A stretch of DNA of 64,000 bases, from assembly GCA_963747925.1 (NCBI GenBank), contig CAVVHA010000012.1, forward strand, positions 133,222-197,221, written 5' to 3'. Each line of letters begins with the position of its first letter. Positions within the stretch are counted from its first letter, which is position 1. Both the position numbers and the translations under genes were made by a program. Below are positions 1-10,605 of the stretch, one piece after another. The notes under the pieces were generated by a model. It was not told the origin of the DNA, ran no database searches, and saw nothing but the letters and a program-made list of their open reading frames with translations. The stretch comes from an uncultured Acidobacteriota bacterium (GTDB lineage Bacteria; Acidobacteriota; Polarisedimenticolia; QHYA01; CAVVHA01).

Positions 1-1
1 C

Positions 2-553
2 ACCGACCCGCCGCCGCCCTGTTTCACGGCCGACGCCCCCGAATGGGGCTGCTACATGGCCTGCTTCTCGAACACCGACTTCTTCGGCGGCGAGGCCACG
101 AACGGCCTGCGCTCGGACCTGACCTCGCGCCAGATCGTCTTCGACTCGAAGGTGGACACGATCAAGGTCAGCTTCGCGGTCGAGTTCCAGACCGAGCAGG
201 CCCAGGGCTCGATCGGGGCGAACGACGCCTTCGAGGCCCGGCTGATCACGATGGCCGGCACCTTCCCGATCATCCAGATCGACAGCTTCGGCCGCACCGT
301 CCCGACCAACCACCTCACGGTGCAGGGGTTCACGGGCTACGTGCCTTCGCCCGTGGGATGCACCCTCGTGAACGGGCTCGACACCCGCCGCCTCACGGTC
401 AGCTGGACGAAGTCCCTCAACGCGGTCCTGAAGAACCAGATCGGGCGCGGGCCCGTCTACGTGGAGTTCACGATCGCCGGGCAGGGAAGCTCGGGGCGCA
501 CGGCGATCGCCTGCGTGGACAACGTCCAGGTGAAGGGGGTCAGCTCCCAGTAA
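2..553 (+). CDS. hypothetical protein, C-terminal fragment (gene starts upstream of the window)
   Basis: The frame of ORF 56..553 stays open back to nt 2 (TDPPPPCFTADAPEWGCY...). Third positions are strongly G/C-biased. Stop is TAA 551-553. No family recognised. Confidence 0.5.
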   Translation, partial: TDPPPPCFTADAPEWGCYMACFSNTDFFGGEATNGLRSDLTSRQIVFDSKVDTIKVSFAVEFQTEQAQGSIGANDAFEARLITMAGTFPIIQIDSFGRTVPTNHLTVQGFTGYVPSPVGCTLVNGLDTRRLTVSWTKSLNAVLKNQIGRGPVYVEFTIAGQGSSGRTAIACVDNVQVKGVSSQ

Positions 554-3500
554 CCGATCCGGCCGGGTGGGAGCAGGGGTAGCGCCCCGCCAGGTCGGCG
601 ACCGCCTCCGGGCCCGGGGGCGGCCCGCCGCGCGGGACGCTCTTCGACACGAAGAACGCCTGGTTCCGGAACGGGCAGTTCCAGCCCAGCACCATCGTCC
701 GGCGGGTCGTCGAGTCGGCGACCACCGCGATCCCGACGTGGCCGTTCACCTTCGTCTCCAGGCGGGACAGCTCCCCGCGCCCGCGAGCGAGGTCGCGATG
801 TCGACGAACTCGTCCGGCCTCGCGAGCGGGCGGCGCAGCTTGTAGAGGCCGGTCACGCGCGTCGCCGCTCTCGAACTCCCGGCCGGTGAGCGCCCACCGG
901 CTGAGGTCCTCCCCGCCCTGGCGGAACCTCGTCAGCACCGTGACGCCCCGCCGCGCCTCCTGCCCCTCGGGCAGGCCGCGCGGAAGCTCGAACCCGTCCA
1001 GGGCGATTTCCTTCCAGGCCGGGGACTGCTCCGGCGACGGGCCGGCGGGCAGGAACGTGCGCTCGCTGAAGGTCAGAAGCTCCTTGAGCGTGCCGAAGAA
1101 GTCCGCCCCGAACTTGTCCGAGGGGGCGGTGAACTCGAGGATCGGCAGATCGTCGGTGTTGACGGGCCCGAGCCGGGCGAACTCGGCGAAGTTCTCCGGG
1201 GCGGCGATCAGGCCGCCGAGCAGGTGCTGCGTGCCGGCGTTCTGCACCTCGGCGAGCGCCGCGCGCACCCCCTCGGGCAGGGTGGGATCGTCGGGGAGGC
1301 GCTGCAGGCGCAGGGGCGCGTTCGAGCCGATCAGGATGATGTCCCCCGTCGGGTTCACGCCCCGCAGCACGAACATCGCCGCCTGCGGGAAGTGCCGGCG
1401 GTAGGTCCGCGCGAGCAGCCGGATGTGGTCCACGGACATGTTGTAGTAGTGGAACCACTGGCAGAAGATGCCCCCCGGGCGGAGCCGCTCCTTCACCTCC
1501 GCGAAGAACTCGTCGGTGAACAGGGCCGAGACGCCCGCCATCCAGGGGTTCGAGGGCTCGCTGATGATGATGTCGTACGAGGCGGGGGGCTGGAAGTGCA
1601 GGAAGTTCCGGCCGTCGTCGAGGTGCAGCCTGACGCGCGGATCGGACAGGAACCCGTCGTTGATCTTCGTGAAGAAGCGGCCCGCCGCCTCCCCGACCTC
1701 CGGGGAGATCTCCGCGGCGTCGATCGACTCGAGCGGGAACCGCTTGAGCGTTCCCACCGTCGTCCCCGAGCCGACCCCGATGACGAGGGCCCGCTTCGGG
1801 GCGGGGTGGAACATGCCGGGGACGCAGGCGAGCAGGCGCTGCGCGACCATGTCGTCGCGGTAATCCGAGGCGTCGGGCTTGCCGTTCACGTACAGGATCT
1901 GGTACCCGTCGGTCAGGCGGCAGACCGAGACCGTCGCCTCGGTCCCCTCCTCGAGGTACGGGATCTTGTAGTTCGCGAGCTGCGACCAGAGGGCCCCGCT
2001 GCGGTATTTCTCGAGGAACGACACCGGGTCCTTGCTGTACTGGCCGTGCGCGAAGACCCAGTCCCAGCGCGGCAGGATCAGGAGCAGGAGGAACGCGGCC
2101 GGCACGCCGTAGCGCAGCCCGTTCGACGCCCGCTGCGCGTGCTCGTCCTGCATCGCCCAGGACAGCGCGTAGGCCCCCGCCGTCAGCAGGACGCACAGCT
2201 CGAGCGTGCGCTGCGATCCGATCAGGGGGATCAGCACGAAGCCGGCGGCCAGGGCGCCGAGCGTCGTCCCGGCCGTGTTGACCACGTAGGTCACGGCGAC
2301 GCTGGCCCCGGTCCGGCGCCCCCCGCGCGCCAGCAGGTCGATCACGGCGGGGAAGACGATGCCGAACCCGAGCGCCGGCAGGAGGATCAGGCCGACCGTC
2401 ACCAGGCCGCTCGTGAACAGGAAGTTCCCGTAGGAGATCCCCATCCGCAGGAGCAGCTCGATCTGCGGCACCGCCAGCCGGTCGAGGAACGGGATCGGCA
2501 GGGCGACGGAGAGCGCGCTGAGCAGGAGCCCCCACCGGTAGAGCCGGACCGGGGCGAAGCCGGCCCCGATCAGCCGGGCGTACACGGCCCCGCCGAGGAA
2601 CAGCCCCACGAGGTAGGCGAACAGCACGAAGGCGAAGGTCCAGGTCTGGGCGCCGAAGAAGAAGCCGAGGTGGCGCGTCCAGACGTTCTCGAGGGCGAGC
2701 GCGGCGAACGAGGAAAGGAAGAAGCCGGCCAGCAGCGCGAGGGCGGGCGAAAGAGATCCGAAGCGGCCCCCCGGGGCGGCGCTGCGCGGGGCGGAGAGCG
2801 GGCGTCCCGGACGGCGCACCCGCCGCGGCGCCGGGCGGAGGTGCGGAATGACGCCCGCCATCGCCGGTTGCAGGACGAAGAGCGGGGGGCGGCTGCAGGG
2901 CGGAGCCTGGATGCGGATCGGACGCCATGTGCGGGGCGGCAACGGGAGGGGAGTGCCTGCGGGGCGGCGCCCGGCGCTGCGGACGCGGGCGAGCCAGGAG
3001 CGTCGGCGCGCTTCGCGGCCGGCTCTTCGCCCGCGTCCGCTCCGCGTGGGGCGAGCAGCGTCAGCTGCGCGAGGGCCAGCCCGGCCGCCGCGAAGTTGCC
3101 CGCGGCGGCCACCGCCAGGGAGACGCCCACGCCGAGGCCCGGGAGCAGGAAGGCGGGGAGCGACAGCGCCCCGAGCGCCGCGCCGGCGGTGTTGATCGCG
3201 TAGGCGCGCCCCGCGGCGCGGCCGACGTCCACGCGGGCCCCCTTCAGCAGGTGGACCATCAGCGGGAAGGTCCCGCCCATCAGCGTCGTCGGTATCGCGA
3301 CGAGGACGAAGGAGACGGCGAAGCGCGCGAGCAGGAGGCTGCCGGCCGAGCCCGCGGCCCAGGAGTGGCCGGCCGCGTAGAGCGCCGCTCCGCGCTCGAA
3401 CAGCGCGTGCGAGGCGAGGCCGAACAGACCGATCGCCGCCTCGACGACGACGTACACGGTCGCGAGGCGCCCCAGCCGGTCCGAGAGGCGGCCGAAGATC

Positions 3501-3841
3501 CAGGCCCCGAGGCCGAGCCCGAACAGGTAGGCGGCGAGCAGCGTGGAGGTGGCGGTGGCGGTCGACCCGAAGATGTGGCCGAGCATCCGGAACCAGAGCA
3601 GCTCGTAGACGATCGCGGAGGCGCCGGAAAGGAAGAACGCGCCCGCGATGGCGGCCGGCGGCCACGCGGCCCTGGGGAGCGACTCGCCCCGCCCGCCGAT
3701 CCGGGCCCAGCCCCCGGCCGGCCCGGGGCGCGCTGCGGGGGCGGCGGCGCCGGCGCTCGGCGCGCGGCGCCCCCGGCCGGATTCCCCGTCGCTCTCTTTT
3801 CCGCGCCTGCCCATCGCTTTCGGCTCCTCCCGGGCGGCCAT
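540..3841 (-). CDS. fused MFS-like membrane module / spermidine synthase-like protein (frame-interrupted in this assembly)
   Basis: The N-terminal TM module lies in ORF 2570..3841 (AIAGAFFLSGASAIVYELLWFRMLG...). A second homologous TM module starts at the Met at 2861 in the frame of ORF 540..3905 (LLAGFFLSSFAALALENVWTRHLG...). It is followed by spermidine-synthase-type motifs (LVIGVGSGTTV, YDIIISEPSNPW, GGIFCQW). Joining the halves needs a frame switch around 2870-2990. A compensating pair near ~870/~790 affects the C-terminal extension. Alternative reading: two adjacent genes (N-module alone, and 540..2861). Confidence 0.7.
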
Positions 3842-3873
3842 GATAACCCGCGCCGCGTGCTATATTGCGCCCG

Positions 3874-5297
3874 ATGCAACAGCTGAAGGCCGGGCGCGTC
3901 TTCATCCTGGGCCTGTTGGTCCTGACCTCCTACCTGCTGTACCTCGTCTTCAAGCCGTTCCTGACATCGTTCGCCTGGGCGGCCTTTCTCGCGATCCCGT
4001 TCTACCCGCTCCACCAGAAACTGACGCGCCTCTTCAGGGGGCGCGTCACGCTGGCCGCGGTCGCGACCACGCTGCTCATCACGGTGCTGATCCTCCTGCC
4101 GATCGTCGTCCTGGTGTCGAGCCTCGCGGGCGCCATCCTGACCTCCCTGCCCGCGATCGAGGACAGGATCGCCGATGCGACGGGGTCCGAACAGGCGGAC
4201 TGGCAGGCAGCACCGTGGGCCGGGGTGAAAGGGGCTGCCCTCGCGCCGGGCTCCACTCCTGTTGTGGGGCCCCCCCGCTGCGGCTCATCCCGGGACAGGC
4301 CCGGGCCAGGGACCTCCCGCCGTGAGCATCCCCGACCCCGCCGCGGCTGCCGGGAGCACGCCGGCGGGCGGTTCGGGCGCTGCGCCGGTCGCGGGGGAGC
4401 CCGCTGCCGGCGCCTCCGGCGCCGGCCCCGCTCCTCCAGGCGGCTCCGCCTCCCAGCCCGCGGCGACGCGGAAATACCACCTCCCCCTTGTCGACGCGAT
4501 CCAGCAGAAACTGTCGCGCCATTTCGACATGTCGGGGATCGACCTGGAAGAGTACGCCGTCGCCGTCCTGAAGCGTCTCGGCGCGTTCGTCGTGGAGGTG
4601 AGCCGCTCCTTCCTCGGCAACGCGCTCGGCGTGCTCACGACGTTCCTGATGACGATGTTCATGCTCGGGGTCTTCTTCACGACGGGCCCGAGACTGATCC
4701 TGTTCCTGCGGCGGTTCATGCCTCTCAGCGAAGAGGACCAGGAAGCCGTCTTCAGCGAGATGCAGGACATGTCCCGCGCGATCTTCTACGGCGTGATCAT
4801 GACGGCCGCGATCCAGGCGCTCGTGGGCGGCATCGGGTGGAAGCTGTCGGGGCTGCCCTCGGCCGATCATCTTCGGCGTCGCCATGTTCTTCTGCGCGCT
4901 CGTGCCGGTCGGAGGCGCCGCGCTGATCTGGGGACCGGGAGCGCTGTGGCTCCTCTACCAGGGGCACACGGGCGGGGGGATCTTCCTGATCGTCTGGGGC
5001 GTGCTCGCGGTCAGCAGCCTCGACAACATCCTGCGCCCCCTGTTCATCAGCGGGCGGACGAAGGCGCCGATGATCCCCGTGATGCTCGGCATCTTCGGCG
5101 GCGTGGCCGCCTTCGGGATGACCGGCCTGTTCACGGGCCCCCTGGTGGTCGCCCTCTTCCTGGTCGTCCTCGATGTGAACCGGAGGGAGTTCTTCCCGGG
5201 CGATCCGGCCGCGCTCCTCGCGGAGCCCGGGCCGCCCGCGGCGCCGGTCTCCCCGGCCGCTTCCGCATCGGAGCCCCCGCCCTCCCCGGGAGCGTAG
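3874..5297 (+). CDS. AI-2E family transporter (PerM-like permease), two frame switches
   Basis: Three consecutive pieces lie in three frames: ORF 3865..4926 (real to ~4265), ORF 4262..5407 (real ~4265-4863) and ORF 4884..5297. Read through, they give one permease (...GIGWKLSGLPSA|IIFGVAMFFCALVPVGGAALIWGPGALWLL...LDNILRPLFISGRTKAPMIPVMLGIFGG). The first switch coincides with a C7 run (4270-4276). The second needs 1 nt near 4863. ATG 3874 is preferred over TTG 3865. Confidence 0.8.
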
Positions 5298-5403
5298 CCC
5301 CGGCGACGCCCGGCTCGGGGCGAATCCGCCCTCTCAGGTCGAGCGTTTCCCCGCTGCGCCGGCTCCCCGGAGCGATCTGGTATCCTGACGGCGCGAACGC
5401 TGC

Positions 5404-7450
5404 ATGACGAGAGAACCCGTGATCCGCACGACCCGATCCACCGCGGCCATCCTCTTCCTCTACACCCTGGCCGCCATCTACCTCGTGCCGATCTTCCCCC
5501 ACGGTGGCTCCGCGAACGAGCAGACGCGGTGGGCCACCGCCGCGTCCGTCGTGGAGAAAGGCTCGTTCGAGCTCTCCTGGACCGCGCCGCTCCTCGGGCC
5601 GATCGTGGACACCGCCAGGATCGATGGCCGTGTCTACTCGAACAAGGCCCCCGGATCGGCGCTCCTCGCGGTGCCGGGCTACGTCGCGGCGCGCGCGCTG
5701 GTGGGGGCGCCCGGTCCGGCGAACATCCGCGCGACCTGGACCGCGATGCGCTGGCTCATCGCGACGCTTCCCCTCATCGGATTCGCCTTCCTCCTGGTGG
5801 GCCGCAGGGACGATCCGCTGACCGCGTTCGTCGTCCTGTTCGCCTCCCCGTTGTTCCTGTACAGCCTTCTCCTCTTCTCCCACGTCCTCGTGGGAGTCGC
5901 CGTGTACGCCGCCTATCGCGCGCTCTTCCGCGCCTCCGACGGGCCCACCGCGCGGGCGGCGCTTCTGGCCGGCGCCGCGGCCGGGGTCGGCGTCGCGTCG
6001 GAGTTCACGGCCGCCATCCCCGTCGCCGTCCTGGGCGTCGCGATCCTGCTCCGCTCCGCCCGGCCGCTCCCCGCGCGCCTGCGGACCGCCGCCCTCTTCA
6101 TCCTCGGAGGGGTCCCGTTCGCGGCCGGCATCGCCTTGTACAACACGAGCGCTGTTCGGCTCGCCGCTCGAGTTCTCCTATGCGCACGAGGCGTTCCAGG
6201 GATGGGCGCGGGTCGCGGGGTCCGGGCTCTTCGGGATCTCCTGGCCGACGCCGCAGAACGCATGGCTCCTCCTGCTTTCGCCGGCGCGCGGGCTGTTCTT
6301 CTACGCGCCGGTGCTCCTCGTCGCGCTCGTCCCGCTGCTTCGCGTGCGCGGCGGGGCCCCGTACGCGGCGAAGGTGCGGCTCGCGGCGATCCTCGCGGGG
6401 ACGGCCACGATCCTCGGCCACGGGGCCGCGCACGGCGGCTGGGCCGCGGGGCCGCGGTACCTGGTCTTCGTCCTCCCGCTGCTCCTGGAGGCGCTCGCCG
6501 AGGGGGCCGGCCTGGCGTCCGCGGGGTTCACGACGGGTCTTGCGGTCGGCGCCTCGACGATCCTCTGCGTCCTGCCGGCGCTGACGTTCCCGTTCGCTCC
6601 CCCGGAGTTCACCTTCCCGCATCCCGGCTTCTGGCGGCCCCTGCTGGTCTCGGAGCGGTGGGCGACGCCGACCCTCGGCGCGCTGCTCGGGCTGGGCTCG
6701 GGACCGGCGGCGCTAGCGCCCGTGGTTCTCGCCGTTCTCGCCGCGCTGGCCATCGCCCTCGGGCCGAGCCGCCGGATGCTCGCCCTGGGAACGGCGGCGG
6801 GCATGGTCCTCGCCCTCGGCTACGTTTTCGCGCCCGGCCTCAAGGGCGAAGAGGGCGCCGCGCGGCGGGCCACGATCGCAGAGAGGTTCTTCCGCCCCTC
6901 GGGGCGCCTCGACGTGCTGTGGGCCGCCGCGCACAGTCCCGCCCAGAAACAGTGGGTGGAAGAGATGCAGTGGGAAGCCGCGGACGTCGCGGCCGTCGCC
7001 CCCGACAACTGGCCCTACAGCCGCGAGCCCCTCGCGCCGGAGGGCCCCACGTCGGTGCAGAACCGGGTTCGGGCGCTGCGCGAGCAGGGGAAGATCGCCG
7101 AGGCGATGGAGCAGCTGCGCCGGGCGCGCGAGGAGTTCCCGTTCGCGCGATGCGACCTGACCGACCAGCTCGGCGTGCTTCTCTACCTGGGCGGGCAGAA
7201 GGGGGCGGCCCTGTCCGAGCTCGAGGCCGTGCGGCCCCTCACCGCGACGGGGGGCGCCTCCGGGTGCCGCCGGGCCCTCTTCCATCTCGCCTCGCTCTAC
7301 CGGGAGCTGGGCCGCCCCGCGGAGGCGAAGGTTGCCTACGAGGAGTTCCTCGCGCGCACGGAGGACCACCCGGATCCCCAGGTCTCGCGGGACCGCGACG
7401 CGGCCCGCAAGGCTCTCGCCGCGCTCGGGAGCGTCACGGGCAGCCACTGA
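5404..7450 (+). CDS. polytopic membrane protein with C-terminal TPR-like domain (one frame switch)
   Basis: ORF 5404..7632 is protein-like to ~6150 (...AAGIALYNTS). It continues in the frame of ORF 6311..7450 (LFGSPLEFSYAHEAFQGWARVAGSGLFGISWPTPQNAWLLLLSPARGLFFYAPVLLVALVPLL...). There are many hydrophobic helices, then helical repeats (QNRVRALREQGKIAEAMEQLRRAREEF...ASLYRELGRPAEAKVAYEEFL). Family not recognised; a GT-C-like fold is a guess. Confidence 0.6.
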
Positions 7451-7862
7451 GGTTGAGCCTCGCGTGGCCCCCGCGCTCGAGCGACCGGAACTGCCGGCAA
7501 CCCGCGCCTCGACCCCTTCGACGGCCTGGACTGGGGGGCTCCCGGCCGCTTCACGGAAACGGCGCCCGCCGGAGAGCCGGAGAGTCAGCCGCCGAAATCC
7601 CCCCCCGGGAGCTGACGGGGCGCGGATACTGAGCGGCCGGCCGCAGGTGTAGACTTCCCGACAAAGCCGCCGCCGAGCCAGGAGCGGGCCTGTTGCGGAC
7701 GACATCCTCTCGATGAGGCAGGTCGCCCCGAACAGACCAAGGGCCCAAGGCCGCGGCAGGCGATGGGGGGGGTGGGCCACGCGCTTCGGTCGAGAGTCCT
7801 CCTTCATCCATTCGCGCGATTCGTGGAGCGTGCTCGCGGTGTTTCCATGCGGGAGGGCGGCC

Positions 7863-10551
7863 ATGCCTCCGGCCTGCCCGCACGCCCGGGTCAGCCTCCT
7901 CTGTCTGCCGATCTGCGTCGTCATGATCCTGTCCACGGGAGCCCTGTGGGGACAGGAAGTGACCGGAGACCTCGAAGGGGCCGTCGTCTCGCCGGACGGT
8001 GTGCCCCTGTCCGGCGCAGAGGTGACCGCACTCAGTCCGATTCTGCAAGGTCCGAGGACGGCCCGGACCGACTCCGAAGGAAGGTTCAGGATCCTCCTGC
8101 TTCCCGTCGGAGCGTACAGGGTCGAACTGCGGCATCCGGACTTCCAGCCCGCGACCGCCGAGCCGGTGGTCATCCGCCTCGGCCGCACGACCGCCATTCC
8201 GCCGATTCCGCTGAAGCGAAAGTTTGTCCTCGAGGAGCACGTCGAGGTCACCGCCCCGAAGCCCCTGCTCGACCCTGTATCCACCACGGGGGGCGGGAAC
8301 CTCCCCTCGGAGTACTTCGAAGCGCTTCCCGTCGACCGGAACTACACGAGCATTGCGACGCTGCTTCCCGGTGTGGACGTCAGCTATCTCGGGGACGGAC
8401 CCAATTTCGGAGGCGGCACGGGTCTGGAGAATCGCTATTTCATTGATGGGGTGGATGTCACCGACCCGTACCGGGGGACCGGCGGCATCAACCTGCCCCA
8501 CGACTTCATCCAGGAGGTCGAGGTCAGGCAGGGGGGATACGAGGCTGAGTACCGCAGTCCCCTGGGCGGCGTGGTCAACGTGGTCACCCCCTCCGGGGGG
8601 ACCCGCCTGTCCGGGAACTTCTTCGGCTATTACGCGGGCAAGCAGTTCTCGGGCGAGCCGCGAGGGGGGATAAGCGAGCGAGACTAAGAACTTCACGCAG
8701 TACGACGCCGGCTTCAGCCTCGGCGGCCCTCTCGCGGGAGAGCGGCTGAGGTTCTTCATCGCGTACAACCCGCTGGTCGAGAAGTCCGACGTGGAGATCC
8801 CGGGCGTCGGTTTCTTCCCGGACAAGTCCACGTCCCAGCGCTTCGCCGCGAACCTCAACTGGCAGGCGAATCCCTCCAACAATCTCGTCCTGAAGGTCAT
8901 CGGCGATCCGACGAGCCGGAATGCGGCCGGGGAATCCCAGATCGCCATCGGGTTGAACGCCCGATTCCTTCGAGAATCCCGATTTCTACCTGAGGGACAT
9001 CAGGACAGGAGGGACGAGCGTGTCGCTTCGCGGCACCCACGTGCTGTCCCCGCGGGCGCTTCTCGAGAGTTCTGCTTCGGTGCTGTGGCGAACCGACCAG
9101 GACTTGCCCGCGACCTCGGTCGGCCGGGAGGAGCCCCTCTATATCGACGCCGAGACCGGCATCTGGTCCGGAGGAGGGCGCATTGTCGTGGACATCCACA
9201 CGACCCAGCTCACGGCGGGGTTGAGCGCGACGGGACTTCTCGACCGCCACACGGTGAAAGGCGGGGTGGAGTACCGGGACATCGGGACGCGAAACCAGAC
9301 CGCGGATGAGATCGTCATTCGCTTCAGCGATGTCTCCTATCAGAAGATCACCTATCAGCAGGACGCGACCGTGCGAAGCCGGATCCTGTCGCTGTTTGCC
9401 CAGGATTCCTGGCGGATCGGCTCCCGGCTCACCCTGAACTACGGCCTGCGCTGGGAGGGCTTCTGGATGGTCGGATCGGACGGGCAGGTGGCCCAGACGA
9501 TCATGGATGCGTTCCAGCCCCGGCTCGGCCTTGTCTACGAGCCGGGGGAAGCAGGCGTGCAGCGTCTCTTCGCCTCGGCTGGACGTTTCTACCAGGAGCT
9601 TCTGACGCCCGTCGCGATGTGGTACGCCAACGAGAACATGACCCAGTCCTGGTGCACCTACGATCACGATCCCCGCATCGATCCTTCCGGAGGCGCCTGC
9701 CTTCCGATCAACGGGGTGATTCAACCCGAGGTGAAGGGGCTGCGAGGAAACAGCTCGGACGAGTTCACGCTGGGATTCGAGCGCCGCGCCGGGCAGCAGC
9801 ATCGGTGGCGCGCCCGGGTGATCTATCGCACGCTGCGGGACATCATCGAGGATGCCTACGTGCCGGAGACCGGCCAGGTCCTTTTCGGCAATCCTGGCCG
9901 GGGGGAACTGGCCGCCAACTACCCCCGTCCGAGCCGGCGCTACAAGGCGCTGGAGTGGTGTTCGAGAGGCTGCCCGGCCATTTCGGCTATCTCGCTTCCT
10001 ACGTGCTGTCGGAGAACAGCGGCAACTATCCCGGCCTCTTCAACTCCGACTACGACCAGTCCTGGGCCAACGCCAACTGGTCGTTCGACAACCCGGACAT
10101 GATGACCGACAACTCCGGTTTGCTCCCGAACGACCGGACGCACGTGCTCAAGGCCTCGGGGTTCTACCGCTTCGATGTCGGTCTGAATGTCGGCGCTTCG
10201 ATGATCTGGCAGAGCGGGACGCCGCTGAACGAGTTCGGGGGCAGCGCGTACGGCTGGGGGTACAGCTTTGTGCGTCCCCGCGGGACCGCCGGCCGGACCC
10301 CCTCGATCTTCGATCTCGATCTTCGACTTGATTACACTTTCGGGAGCAGGTCGGCGAAGCGGTGGAAGCCGCGCGTCATTCTCGATGTCTACCATCTGTT
10401 CGCCGAGCGCACCCCGGTCAACTATGATCAGTTCCACTATCTGAGAAAGGACGGCACGGGAAACCAGATCGATCCGAATCCAAACTACGGGCAGCCGACC
10501 CACTACTTCCCGCCGACGACCGCCCGCCTTGGGTTCGAGGTGTCGTTCTGA
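7863..10551 (+). CDS. TonB-dependent receptor-like outer membrane protein with CarboxypepD_reg-like N-domain, copy 1 (three frame switches)
   Basis: Pieces ORF 7713..8687, 8791..9309, 9020..10102 and 9619..10551 lie in alternating frames and are collinear with the intact paralog at 15111..17810. Signal peptide from Met 7863. N-domain GAVVSPDGVPLSGAEVTA...DSEGRFRILLLPVGAYRVEL. Plug-like NRYFIDGVDVTDP. The barrel ends ...ARLGFEVSF. Switches at ~8680 (beside a G6 run), ~8955 and ~9955. Confidence 0.8.
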
Positions 10552-10605
10552 GAGATCGAAAGGCATTGCTGGTGCGATGAATTCCCCCGGAGGGACTCGT
10601 CGCCG

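Noticed and set aside
1224-3203. 659-aa ORF on the plus strand opposite the spermidine-synthase-like gene.
   Set aside because: It is a shadow ORF antisense to a clearly recognisable gene. Its composition is low-complexity and Arg/Glu/Pro-rich, with no motifs.
2862-3905. The first ~348 codons of the 1121-aa track ORF 540..3905 (-).
   Set aside because: This part is an Arg/Pro/Gly-rich, non-protein-like translation. The membrane-protein reading frame in this interval is that of ORF 2570..3841. The long ORF is open only because stops are rare at this GC content.
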